A DNA stretch of 64,000 bases, taken from contig CAVIDY010000002.1 of NCBI GenBank assembly GCA_963641885.1, forward strand, positions 18,811 to 82,810, in the 5' to 3' direction. Source of the stretch: Bacteroidaceae bacterium. GTDB lineage: Bacteria > Pseudomonadota > Alphaproteobacteria > RF32 > CAG-239. The stretch's first letter is position 1. Each line of letters begins with the position of its first letter. Below the pieces are notes generated by a model, which had not been told where the DNA came from, made no database searches, and saw only the letters and a list, made by a program, of their open reading frames with translations. A program made the position numbers and the translations under genes. Below are positions 50,503 to 60,373 of this stretch, in pieces.

Positions 50503-50665
50503 TTTTATCTCCCTTTAATATAATTTTTCTTTGTACTAATAAAAAGCAAGCTTGTCCACTCTTATTTTTTGTTTGCAAAACTATTTTTTACCCTTGCAAA
50601 TTTCAGAAATCTCAGCTATTTTTGAAAGTGATTTGAACGTTAATTATTTATAAGGACATATCTAG

Positions 50666-51397
50666 ATGAAAAATTTTTCAATAATTCTTTCTACTGTCGC
50701 TGTTGTTTTAGCTGCAGCCGCTTTGGTTTGCAGCCTGAAATGCAAAACGACCGGTACAGCTGCTCCGACTGCCAGCGTTGAAGAAGCTCTTAAAGCCAAC
50801 CCTAAAATGGTTGTAGACGCTTTGCAGGCTTACCAAATTCAACAACAAGAAGAACAAAGAAAAGCTGCTGAAGAAGCATTAAGCAAATACGTTCCAGAAA
50901 TCAACTCTTCGGCAAACGCTCCGTTTGTTGGTCCGGAAGACGCTAAAGTAACCGTTGTGGAATTTTTTGACTTTTCTTGCCACTTCTGCAAGAGATTAGC
51001 TCCGGCTTTGGAAGAAGTTATGGCTAAAAACGCCGATGTTAAATTTGTGTTTAAGCCATTGTCTTTTGTTGATCCGGAAAATTCTCACTATCAAGCTCAA
51101 GCTGGTTTAGCAGTTTATAAACAAGGCAAATTCATTGACTTTTACAAAGCTTTGATGGCTGCAGAAGGCAGAGTTACAAAAGACACTGTTGATGGTATTG
51201 CCAGAGGTTTGAACATTGACTTTGACAAATATAAAGCCGATGTAGAATCTGCTGAAGTTAACAGCAACTTGGATGAAATTTTCAGCTTATCTCAAAAAAT
51301 TCAAGTTAACGGCGTTCCGACTGTAATTGTTAACGGCAAACACATTCAAACTATGCGCGCCAAAGATTTACAAGCCGCTATTGACGCTGCAAAATAA
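50666..51397 (+). CDS. DsbA-family thiol:disulfide oxidoreductase
   Basis: Signal/anchor, then VVEFFDFSCHFCKRLAP CxxC active site. Confidence 0.75.
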   Translation: MKNFSIILSTVAVVLAAAALVCSLKCKTTGTAAPTASVEEALKANPKMVVDALQAYQIQQQEEQRKAAEEALSKYVPEINSSANAPFVGPEDAKVTVVEFFDFSCHFCKRLAPALEEVMAKNADVKFVFKPLSFVDPENSHYQAQAGLAVYKQGKFIDFYKALMAAEGRVTKDTVDGIARGLNIDFDKYKADVESAEVNSNLDEIFSLSQKIQVNGVPTVIVNGKHIQTMRAKDLQAAIDAAK

Positions 51398-51549
51398 TTT
51401 GACATTGTCATAAAAGCAAACAGAGAGCAGCCCATATGGGCTGTTCTTTTTTGTATCTGACTTTATATGCTGAGAAAATTTGCTTTAACATTTGACTTCA
51501 TAAAACAAATGGCTTAAATATATGGGTGTGTTGAATTTATGGATTATGA

Positions 51550-52515
51550 TTGATGACCGATACCGCCGCTGTGGCTATTTCTGTGATTATTCCGATTTAT
51601 AACGTGGAAAAGTTTTTACCACGCTGCTTGGATAGTGTTATTCAGCAGTCTTTTTCTAATATAGAAATTATTTGCGTAAACGATGGTTCCACCGACAAAA
51701 GCGGAGAAATTTTAGCTAGATTCGCGGCAAAAGATCGGCGGTTTTTAGTTATTACGCAAGAAAATCAAGGGCTATCGGCTTCCCGCAACAACGGACTGGA
51801 AGTAGCCAGCGGCAACTATGTGTTCTTTTTAGATGCTGACGATTATTTGCATAAACAAGCTTTGGAAATTTTTTATAAAACAGCGCAAAAAGCCGAATGT
51901 CCGATTGTGGTTTCACAAAAATTCTGCCGTATCGGCAAAGATGCGTTAAATACCAAAAACTATGATACGGATAAAGTTAATTTCAAAATTTGCAGCAACC
52001 CGCTGAATGATTTGTATAAATACCGTTTGGTTTCTGCCGTGGTTTGGAACAAATTATATCGTACCAGCGCTTTAAAAAGATTCCGCTTTATTGAGGGAAT
52101 CTATTATGAAGACTGGCCGTTTACCGCCTGCGTTTTTTCTAATATAGAGCGTTTTGCGCTAATCAGCGAAAAGCTATATATGTATAACACTTCTTCCCCT
52201 TCCATTGTCCGCAGTTCGTTTTCCGTGAAAAAAATTCATGACTACATTCGAGGAATCCGCCACGTATATAATTATTTTACGGCAAAAAATAAAATGGAAC
52301 AATGGCAGACTATCCGCAAAAAACGCATCAGCCTTTCTTTGAAAATGGTGCTGTCGAAAATTTCTAAAAGCAAAGAAAATAAAAACGAGCTTGAGGCATA
52401 TTTCAAACAAGAGTATCAAAAGCTGGTGAATGAAGGAATTATCACCTTTTCCGATTTAACGCTGAAAAGCAAAGTCAGACTACTGCGGCTACTGTGGCAT
52501 CAAAGAAACAGCTAA
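51550..52515 (+). CDS. Family-2 glycosyltransferase
   Basis: VIIPIYNVEKFL...NDGSTD...FLDADD motifs. TTG at 51550, or ATG at 51553. Confidence 0.75.
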   Translation: MMTDTAAVAISVIIPIYNVEKFLPRCLDSVIQQSFSNIEIICVNDGSTDKSGEILARFAAKDRRFLVITQENQGLSASRNNGLEVASGNYVFFLDADDYLHKQALEIFYKTAQKAECPIVVSQKFCRIGKDALNTKNYDTDKVNFKICSNPLNDLYKYRLVSAVVWNKLYRTSALKRFRFIEGIYYEDWPFTACVFSNIERFALISEKLYMYNTSSPSIVRSSFSVKKIHDYIRGIRHVYNYFTAKNKMEQWQTIRKKRISLSLKMVLSKISKSKENKNELEAYFKQEYQKLVNEGIITFSDLTLKSKVRLLRLLWHQRNS

Positions 52516-53289
52516 TTAGTGCTTTAAATAAAATAAATCATACATTTTTGCAAAAATAATGTTGGTATAAACAAATATCACCGTGCTTACGGTATAGTGA
52601 AACCACTCCTGCAAATTAAAAATGCGGTCAATCTGCAAACTAAGCGCCTCGGGATAGAGCAGCGCCGCGGAAATGATTACAAAAGCAGTATAATTGCCGC
52701 GGGTCTTGTTGCCAGCTTTACGGAAAGAAGCATTATGCCCCCGCAATGAGGAAATCCACGCCAAATATGGCTTGCAAATCAGATGTGGAGCCAGCAGCGC
52801 CATAACGCCGTAAACCACCAAAACATTAACAAAAGAAGTTCCTATTCCTTTGGCGTCCGACATGTTTTCTATTGCCGACATATAGCGCTCATAATAATCC
52901 AAATAAACATCGTTGAAGCCTAAGAAAAGCGGCAGCATCGGCAAAAGCGCCAATCCCATTATCACCACAAACATCAACACCAAAGCCTTTGACGAAGGAG
53001 CCATACTGCCCAGCAGGGTTTTACTCAAAATATAGGGTTTCAGATGGTAGTAATAACGATAGAAAGCACACCAAAAAATATAGTAAGTAACAGCCCAAAC
53101 CAAGCTAAGCGGATTAGACAAGCCGCCGTCTATGGATTTGAAAGTCAGCATATAAGCCATATTGACCACAAAAACACAAAGCGTAAAAAGCTTGTTATCC
53201 GCAATATAACGGTTGGCGGCACGAAAAATTGCCCCGACATACATTGTGATTTTAGGATTTTCCTTCGGCGTCATTTTAGGCATCGCCAT
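52516..53289 (-). CDS. Hypothetical polytopic membrane protein, last gene of the porin/response-regulator operon
   Basis: Hydrophobic ORF that overlaps the upstream regulator gene by 14 nt. Confidence 0.45.
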   Translation of the reverse strand: MAMPKMTPKENPKITMYVGAIFRAANRYIADNKLFTLCVFVVNMAYMLTFKSIDGGLSNPLSLVWAVTYYIFWCAFYRYYYHLKPYILSKTLLGSMAPSSKALVLMFVVIMGLALLPMLPLFLGFNDVYLDYYERYMSAIENMSDAKGIGTSFVNVLVVYGVMALLAPHLICKPYLAWISSLRGHNASFRKAGNKTRGNYTAFVIISAALLYPEALSLQIDRIFNLQEWFHYTVSTVIFVYTNIIFAKMYDLFYLKH

Positions 53290-53893
53290 CGTCCTGCTGC
53301 AGCATATAGCCGCCGTTATACGTTACAATCAAACGACGTCCGCCATTTTGTTCAACCTTTTGGCGCAGCCGATAAATGTGGGTTTCAATGGTGTGAGTAG
53401 CAACACCTTCGCTATATTTCCAAACGTTCAACTGTAAATCTGTTTTAGAAACATAAGTTCCTTGAGTTTTATACAAATATTTCAGAATACCTATTTCTTT
53501 TTCAGTCAGCTTGGTTACTTTGCCGCTGGGCAAATCGACAATTTCACGCAAATTAGGGCGCAGTTCGTAGCCATTAAAAGTCAAATAACCGTCCTCGGAG
53601 TTGTCTAAATTATTATTCGCCGCGCGCAAAACATCGAGAAAATTCATTAAAGTAAACGGCTTTTTAACATAAATATTCAGCCGATCGTTCTGTTTGCTTT
53701 CCGATGAAAGAAAAATCAGAGGAACCGACGGGTATTTCTGCCGCAAATCATTGCACTGTTCTTCATTTTCATCAACCAGCAACAGGTCGGGAGCTGTTTC
53801 AACAAATGAAAAATCCGGAGCAAAACGTAACACCTGCGCTTTCAAATCCTCGACAAAATCGGCATTATCGGAAACAAACAAAATATGCGACAT
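53276..53893 (-). CDS. OmpR-family response regulator with a partly degenerate receiver domain; no histidine kinase is adjacent
   Basis: C-terminal winged helix (LTEKEIGILKYLYKTQGTYVSKTDL...THTIETHIYRLRQK). Receiver with LLLVDE phospho-Asp and a conserved KP. GGAG Shine-Dalgarno before MSHILF. Confidence 0.7.
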   Translation of the reverse strand: MSHILFVSDNADFVEDLKAQVLRFAPDFSFVETAPDLLLVDENEEQCNDLRQKYPSVPLIFLSSESKQNDRLNIYVKKPFTLMNFLDVLRAANNNLDNSEDGYLTFNGYELRPNLREIVDLPSGKVTKLTEKEIGILKYLYKTQGTYVSKTDLQLNVWKYSEGVATHTIETHIYRLRQKVEQNGGRRLIVTYNGGYMLQQDDGDA

Positions 53894-53897
53894 ACTG

Positions 53898-55007
53898 TTA
53901 AAACTCCACTTCCAAACCGCTGATAAACGCATAGCCACGGTTATTTTCTTCTATGGTCTGTCCGCCAGTGTATTCAGCATAAGCCGCCGCCAAATACAGA
54001 GACACGTATTTATGCACTGCAATTTTATTTGCCCAAGTTACAATTTTATCTTTATTATCAGTTTTATCCGCCGATGAAGCAAAATAGGAAACACCCGTGG
54101 TCAAAGGTCCAAACTCATAGCTAAGTCCCAAATTATAAGCACTGCCTTTACGATAGCCGTCAAAATAATACGGCAAACTGGCAACATCATTCAAGGCATA
54201 GTCGCCTGAAGAAGTAAAAGACTTACGATAAGAGCCACCTAAAGTCCAGCCCTTGCGGTAGACGCTTAATCCGGCAGAAACTTCCTGATTGTTTTTACGA
54301 TTATAAGCATAACCAAGCGAGCTTTCCACTTCCCAAGTTCCCAGCTCCTGATGATTGTATAAGCCAGCTGCATACGATGAACGACTATCATAGCGGCTGT
54401 GTTTGTTAATCAGACCTGCTTGAGAATAACTGTCAGGAGTATATGAAAGAGCCAGCTTGGTGCGGTAAAATTCCGGCGTGGTATAGCTGATTTTCGGCGC
54501 ATCGGCATCTGTGTTTAAATAAGTTGAATTGAGCGTGCGATATGAGGAGGTGCGGCTGTGACGCTGCCAATTCGGATTGGCGATAAAGTCGGTTATCGGT
54601 GAATTATTGGCTTTAAAATACCCTACTTTCGGAGCACCCACCGCCAGCTGATAAGCGGCGTTATAAACTTGTCCCAAACTAAATTCACCATAAGCTGTTT
54701 CCAAAGTTCCGTAAATATTTTCGCCCCATTTGCCCTGATTATAATCTTCTACCTCTTTACCGCCGGCAGCCTGCAAATCAAATCCCAGCTTGAATGAAGT
54801 TTCATCATCAAAGTGATAACCAGCAGACGAATATATTTCAGCGGCAGCCGGAGTATGGTTATGTTTATAGAGCGGGCGATACTTTCCGGCATAATCACTA
54901 TAGCCATAAAAAGAATTACCCACACCGGAAACGTCATAAAAAAATTCTCCGGCGCAAACCGGCGACGCCATCAGTAAAAAAGCAATAACCAACAGATTTT
55001 TTTTCAT
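53898..55007 (-). CDS. Outer-membrane beta-barrel porin-like protein
   Basis: Signal peptide. Alternating aromatic/polar beta-strand pattern, rich in Y/G/S. Ends with ...GLEVEF. Confidence 0.6.
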   Translation of the reverse strand: MKKNLLVIAFLLMASPVCAGEFFYDVSGVGNSFYGYSDYAGKYRPLYKHNHTPAAAEIYSSAGYHFDDETSFKLGFDLQAAGGKEVEDYNQGKWGENIYGTLETAYGEFSLGQVYNAAYQLAVGAPKVGYFKANNSPITDFIANPNWQRHSRTSSYRTLNSTYLNTDADAPKISYTTPEFYRTKLALSYTPDSYSQAGLINKHSRYDSRSSYAAGLYNHQELGTWEVESSLGYAYNRKNNQEVSAGLSVYRKGWTLGGSYRKSFTSSGDYALNDVASLPYYFDGYRKGSAYNLGLSYEFGPLTTGVSYFASSADKTDNKDKIVTWANKIAVHKYVSLYLAAAYAEYTGGQTIEENNRGYAFISGLEVEF

Positions 55008-55192
55008 TTTATATCCTTAATATTTGGTTTTAATTTATGAATACTCACACTTTATGTCAATAAAAAATCATATTTTTATACTTTTTTAAAAATAAGTCTG
55101 TTTATAAATAAAAAAATAGTGCTTTTAAAATTTGTTTTCCTATATATAATAGTGAATAGTTTAAAAGATTTCTGATTTAATGAAAGGATACA

Positions 55193-56725
55193 TTGATGCA
55201 AAGACCGGTTATGTTACTTATTTTGGACGGCTGGGGATACAGAAGCAAAGCAACCAAAGATAACGCTATTGAAATGGGCGAAACTCCAAATTGGCACGAG
55301 CTGTTAAAAACCTGCCCACACTGCTTTGTAGAAACTTCAGGATTAGATGTCGGCTTGCCGACAGGTCAAATGGGCAATTCCGAAGTAGGTCATATGAATT
55401 TGGGTGCCGGACGCGTGGTTATGCAAGACTTGCCGAAAATCGACCAAGCTGTAAAAGAACACACTTTGGAAAAGAATCCGGTGGTGGTTGATTTGATTAA
55501 CACCTTAAAAGCTAATGGAAAAACCTGTCATGTTATGGGCTTGATGTCTCCGGGCGGAGTTCACTCTCATCAGGAACATATTGTCGCTTTGTGCGAAATT
55601 TTGAACCGCAACGGCATTAAAGTTGACGTACACGCATTTTTAGACGGACGCGACACACCTCCGACATCTGCCGAAGGCTTTTTAGCCGATTTCAGTAACT
55701 CTATTAAAGATATGCCGTTGGTTAAATTGGCAACATTAGCTGGTCGTTTTTATGCTATGGACAGAGACAAGCGCTGGGATAGAGTTGAGCTTGCCTATAA
55801 CAATATTGTTTCCGCCAATGGCAAGCGCTATGCTACTGCCGATGAAGCAATCAAAGCTTCTTACACTGCCGGAGTTAACGATGAATTTGTGGTTCCGTGC
55901 GTTATCGGCGATTATCAAGGCGCAAATGACGGCGATGCCTTTTTGATGGCAAACTTCCGCGCCGACCGCGCCCGCGAAATTACATACGCTTTGGGCGATG
56001 ACAAATTTGAAGGCTTTGCCCGCAATAAAATTGTAAAATTCTCTGAGTGCATCGGTATGGCTGAATATTCTGTTGACCACAACCGTTTTATGAAAACTAT
56101 TTTTGCGCCGGAACAGCTCAAGAATATTTACGGTGAAGTAGTTTCTGAACATGGTATGACCCAGCTGCGTATTGCCGAAACCGAAAAATATGCGCACGTT
56201 ACATTTTTCTTTAACGGCGGCGAAGAACGTATGTTTAAAGGCGAAGAGCGCATTTTGATTAACAGTCCGAAAGTTGCCACTTATGACCTGAAACCGGAAA
56301 TGAGCGTATATGAAGTAACTGATGCTTTGGTAAACGCTATTGAAAGCAAAAAGTTTGACACGATTATCTGCAACTTTGCCAACGGCGATATGGTAGGTCA
56401 TACTGGTATCATGTCGGCAGCTCTGCAGGCTGTTGCGGCTGTTGACAAGTCTTTGGGACGCGTGATGAAAGCCATTAAAGACGTTGACGGCGTTTTATTT
56501 GTAACCGCCGACCACGGCAATGTAGAAAAAATGGTTGATGAAAAAACTGGTCAGCCTTACACCGCACACACAGTGGGCAAAGTTCAGGCCGTTTTATATA
56601 ACGCTCCGGCAAATGTAAAAGGCATGGAAGACGGTAGATTGGCTGACGTTTCCCCGACTTTGCTTGATTTATTGGGCTTGGAAAAACCTGCCGATATGAC
56701 TGGTCATTCTTTGCTGAAAAAATAA
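55193..56725 (+). CDS. gpmI: 2,3-bisphosphoglycerate-independent phosphoglycerate mutase
   Basis: MLLILDGWGY...SEVGHMNLGAGR motifs at full length. Confidence 0.94.
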   Translation: MMQRPVMLLILDGWGYRSKATKDNAIEMGETPNWHELLKTCPHCFVETSGLDVGLPTGQMGNSEVGHMNLGAGRVVMQDLPKIDQAVKEHTLEKNPVVVDLINTLKANGKTCHVMGLMSPGGVHSHQEHIVALCEILNRNGIKVDVHAFLDGRDTPPTSAEGFLADFSNSIKDMPLVKLATLAGRFYAMDRDKRWDRVELAYNNIVSANGKRYATADEAIKASYTAGVNDEFVVPCVIGDYQGANDGDAFLMANFRADRAREITYALGDDKFEGFARNKIVKFSECIGMAEYSVDHNRFMKTIFAPEQLKNIYGEVVSEHGMTQLRIAETEKYAHVTFFFNGGEERMFKGEERILINSPKVATYDLKPEMSVYEVTDALVNAIESKKFDTIICNFANGDMVGHTGIMSAALQAVAAVDKSLGRVMKAIKDVDGVLFVTADHGNVEKMVDEKTGQPYTAHTVGKVQAVLYNAPANVKGMEDGRLADVSPTLLDLLGLEKPADMTGHSLLKK

Positions 56726-56744
56726 AAGAACGGACTTTAATATT

Positions 56745-57986
56745 GTGCAGAAAAAATTTTTAATTTTGACTTTAATTTTGTTAGCTGCAGCCGGAGAGTG
56801 CGCAAGCACTGCTTCGGCAGCAGCTGTTTCCGCATCGGAAGTTGCCAAAGTGGAAGCCGAGGCTAAGCGCGTTTCCAAAGAACATATGGAAATGGAGCAA
56901 AAAGCTAATAAACTTAAAGAAGAACTTAAAAATGTTAATCAAAAATTGATTGCCGCCGCAAAAAAAATTCAAAACGGCGAAGATGAAGTGCGCAAAAAGC
57001 AGGAAGAACTTGCCGTTTTGCAAAAAAAACTCAGCGAATCCGAAGAAAAATTTAATTCGGAAAACGATATGCTGATAGAAACCTTGGCGGCGTTGCAAAA
57101 CTTAGCTTTGCGACCTTCCGAAGCCGTATTGGTGCAGCCGCTGTCTCCGGTTGAAGTTATGCGCAGCAGCATTTTACTGCGCGGCAGCGTACATTCTTTG
57201 GAAAACCGCGCCAGCTCCATCCGTAAAAGTATTGAAGACATCAGCAACCAAAAAGAACAAATTGCCCTGCGCCTGCAAGATTTGGAAAAAGACAATAAAA
57301 AACTGGCGCAGCAGCAAGAGGATATGAAAAAATTATCTCAGCAAAAAAATGAGATGTATGGTCAAATTTCCAGCAAAAGCGAAGAGGCAAAAAAGAAAGC
57401 TGATTTGCTGGCAAGCCAAGCGCACAACCTGAGAGATTTGCTGGAAAAATTGGAAAAGCAAAAAGAGATTAACCGCCGCCAAATGGCTGAAAAAGCCCGT
57501 ATAGCCCGCGAACAAGAATTGAAGAGAATCCATAAAGAAAGCCACGGCTTAGAGGCTATTGACGAAATGGAAAACACTTATACCACAGCAACTGCAACCA
57601 CAGATTTCAGCAAGGCAAAGGGGCGTTTGACCCGCCCTGCCCGCGGTCCGATTGTTACGGCGTTTCATTCCGAATTGTCTAAAGGCGTATATTCTAATGG
57701 TATAGACATTAAAACCGCAGCCAAAGCACAAGTTATTGCACCTTATGACGGCAACGTAATTTATGCCGGACCTTTTAAGAACTTTGCCAATTTGGTGATT
57801 ATCGACCACGGCGACGGCTACACATCTTTGCTGAGCGGCTTAGGCGAAACCGACACTGAAGTCGGACAAATGCTGCTTGCCGGCGAGCCGGTCGGGACAA
57901 TGCCTGCTGATGCCGACAGCAAGTTACATATTGAAATTCGCAAAAACAACCATCCTGTTGACCCTGATACATGGATAAAAAAATAA
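56745..57986 (+). CDS. envC: Murein hydrolase activator EnvC-like: coiled-coil domain plus C-terminal LytM/M23 domain
   Basis: Signal peptide, long coiled coil, and M23 motifs (VIIDHGDGYTSLLSGLGE). Confidence 0.8.
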   Translation: MQKKFLILTLILLAAAGECASTASAAAVSASEVAKVEAEAKRVSKEHMEMEQKANKLKEELKNVNQKLIAAAKKIQNGEDEVRKKQEELAVLQKKLSESEEKFNSENDMLIETLAALQNLALRPSEAVLVQPLSPVEVMRSSILLRGSVHSLENRASSIRKSIEDISNQKEQIALRLQDLEKDNKKLAQQQEDMKKLSQQKNEMYGQISSKSEEAKKKADLLASQAHNLRDLLEKLEKQKEINRRQMAEKARIAREQELKRIHKESHGLEAIDEMENTYTTATATTDFSKAKGRLTRPARGPIVTAFHSELSKGVYSNGIDIKTAAKAQVIAPYDGNVIYAGPFKNFANLVIIDHGDGYTSLLSGLGETDTEVGQMLLAGEPVGTMPADADSKLHIEIRKNNHPVDPDTWIKK

Positions 57987-58003
57987 AATAAGAGGAACCA
58001 AAC

Positions 58004-59341
58004 ATGCTAAAAAAATCGTTGATTGTTTACACCTTAATTTTGAGTTTGATTGCCAGCTGTGCAACTGCCAAAAGCAAAACCGAACAAGATGAGCAGGTTA
58101 GCACCTATGAGCTGCTTAATTTGTTCGGAGAAGTAATGGAACGCACTAAAATGACTTATGTTGAAGAAGTCAGCGACAAACAGCTGATTGAAGCGGCAAT
58201 TAACGGCATGTTATCGTCATTGGATCCGCACTCCAGCTATTTAACCGCCAAGGACTATAAATATATGACCGAACAAACTAAAGGAAAATTCGGTGGTTTA
58301 GGCATTCAAATCACCACCGACAACGGCTTAGTCAAGGTTATTTCGCCGATAGACGGAACTCCGGCTGCAAAAGCAGGGATAAAAGCTGGTGATTATATTA
58401 CCGAAGTAAACGGCAAAACTGTGATTGGACAGACTCTTGACGAAGTGGTTGATAAACTGCGCGGCAAAGTAGGATCAAAAGTAAAAGTAACCTTCAAGCG
58501 CGCTAACAAAAAACCGTTCACGGTTACGCTCCGCCGCGCCGAAATTAAAGTAGACGACATTAAAAGCGCCATCAAAAATGACGATATTTTATATATCCGA
58601 ATTTCTACATTTGATGAAGAGCTAAGCAAAAATGTGAAAAAAGAAGTAACCAATGCTCAAAAGAAACTGAAAAACAAACTTGCCGGTATTGTATTAGACG
58701 TGCGCAACAATCCGGGTGGACTGTTGAATCAGGCAGTAGACGTTTCTGATTTGTTTTTAGAGCAAGGAGAAATTGTTTCCACCCGCTCACGCAATGTTGA
58801 AGACACTATAAAATATTCAGCTTCTACCGGAGACATCGCCGAAGGTTTGCCGATTGTGGTGATTATCAATGAAGGAACGGCGTCAGCAGCAGAAATTTTA
58901 GCAGGTGCTTTGCAAGACCACCACCGCGCCGTTATCATTGGTGAAAAATCTTTCGGCAAAGGTTCGGTGCAAACCCTATCGCAGCTTCCTAACGGCGGCG
59001 GTATGCGTTTGACCACAGCCCGCTATTACACACCGTCCGGACGCTCTATTCAGGCTAAAGGAATTGAGCCGGATATTGAAGTAAAATTTGCAAAAGTGGA
59101 AGAAATTGAAGACAACGGCTGGAACATCAGCGAAGCCGACTTAAAAGGTGCCTTGAAGAATGAACAGGCGGACAAGAAAAAAGCCGGCGATAAAAATTCG
59201 GATAAACTTTCTGAAGAAGATAAAAAAGACTACCAGCTTATTAGAGCTCTGGATTTGGTTAAAGCACTGTATCTGTACGGACAATATGACAATACCTATG
59301 TCGGCATTCTACCCAAACTTAATAAAGAAGGCAAAAAATAA
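58004..59341 (+). CDS. ctpA: C-terminal processing protease (S41, with PDZ domain)
   Basis: GGLGIQI PDZ domain, an S41 catalytic region (GTASAAEILAGALQD) and a lipoprotein-like signal. Confidence 0.9.
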   Translation: MLKKSLIVYTLILSLIASCATAKSKTEQDEQVSTYELLNLFGEVMERTKMTYVEEVSDKQLIEAAINGMLSSLDPHSSYLTAKDYKYMTEQTKGKFGGLGIQITTDNGLVKVISPIDGTPAAKAGIKAGDYITEVNGKTVIGQTLDEVVDKLRGKVGSKVKVTFKRANKKPFTVTLRRAEIKVDDIKSAIKNDDILYIRISTFDEELSKNVKKEVTNAQKKLKNKLAGIVLDVRNNPGGLLNQAVDVSDLFLEQGEIVSTRSRNVEDTIKYSASTGDIAEGLPIVVIINEGTASAAEILAGALQDHHRAVIIGEKSFGKGSVQTLSQLPNGGGMRLTTARYYTPSGRSIQAKGIEPDIEVKFAKVEEIEDNGWNISEADLKGALKNEQADKKKAGDKNSDKLSEEDKKDYQLIRALDLVKALYLYGQYDNTYVGILPKLNKEGKK

Positions 59342-59817
59342 TGGCTGAATGGTTTAGACGCAATGCCGGTATAGTGGTTTTCCGCGCCGATAAAAAAGTT
59401 TTGCTCTGTCAGCGCAATGATATGGTTGATTCTTGGCAGTTTCCGCAGGGCGGTATCGAATCCGGCGAAACACCGGAGCAAGCTGCCGCAAGAGAATTAG
59501 AGGAAGAAACTTCATTAAAAGGATTAAAACGAATCGAAACTTTAACAGAAGCGGCGCGCTACCGCTTTCCGCCAGCTGTGATTGCCTCTATGCACAAACG
59601 CGGATTTGACAATGCCGGACAAGATATGTATTGGTCGCTATTTTATTTTGATGGTAAAGATTCCGACATTAACCTGCAAACGGCAGAACCGGAATTTAAG
59701 GCTTTTAAATGGGGAACTTTAGAAGAGGCTGTAAAGCTTGCCGTAGAGTTTAAAAAGCCGGCTTACGAAAAAATGTATCAGGTTTTCAAGCCTTTGATTG
59801 AGCAACATAAAGCTTAA
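59341..59817 (+). CDS. rppH: RNA pyrophosphohydrolase RppH (NUDIX)
   Basis: WQFPQGGIESGETPEQAAARELEEETS Nudix box. The position after ctpA is conserved. Confidence 0.88.
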   Translation: MAEWFRRNAGIVVFRADKKVLLCQRNDMVDSWQFPQGGIESGETPEQAAARELEEETSLKGLKRIETLTEAARYRFPPAVIASMHKRGFDNAGQDMYWSLFYFDGKDSDINLQTAEPEFKAFKWGTLEEAVKLAVEFKKPAYEKMYQVFKPLIEQHKA

Positions 59818-59890
59818 ATACATTTTATATGTTTTTAAAAGAAAACCCTGAGTTCAGTCAGAACTCGGGGTTTTAAATATGAAACACTTA

Positions 59891-60277
59891 TCAGGCAACC
59901 AGCAAATAGATTAGATATGCAACTTGCACAAAAATTGCTGCGTATAAAAAGCCAAGAGCTGCAACTGCCTCAAAATTTTTAAGTTCCGTGCCGCGTTTTT
60001 GCTGCACTTCATACAAACCGACAAAAGACATTACAAAGGCAGGAGCATTGCATGACCAAAACAGCACATCAGCCATTTTATGGTTTTGAGGTTTACCGGA
60101 GAAAAATATCATCCAAGCAAACATTGCCAGCAAAAATAAAGCCGTGCAAATCAAACTACCGTAACGGAGTTTGTTGCAGCGCTTAGGAGCCTCTAAATCT
60201 GGCGACTCGGCACAACCGCTGGCTATAAGCAAAAAATAGACTGACAGTAACGGAACTGTGATAGATAAATCATTCAT
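59891..60277 (-). CDS. Hypothetical small membrane protein
   Basis: ORF with 3-4 TM helices and no recognised family. Confidence 0.45.
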   Translation of the reverse strand: MNDLSITVPLLSVYFLLIASGCAESPDLEAPKRCNKLRYGSLICTALFLLAMFAWMIFFSGKPQNHKMADVLFWSCNAPAFVMSFVGLYEVQQKRGTELKNFEAVAALGFLYAAIFVQVAYLIYLLVA

Positions 60278-60373
60278 AACTAATAATTTTTAATAACTAA
60301 ATAATAGGCTTTATACAAAACAAATTAAGGGAAAATCTAAATTTTGTCAAGTAGCAAAGATAAAAGCAATTTT

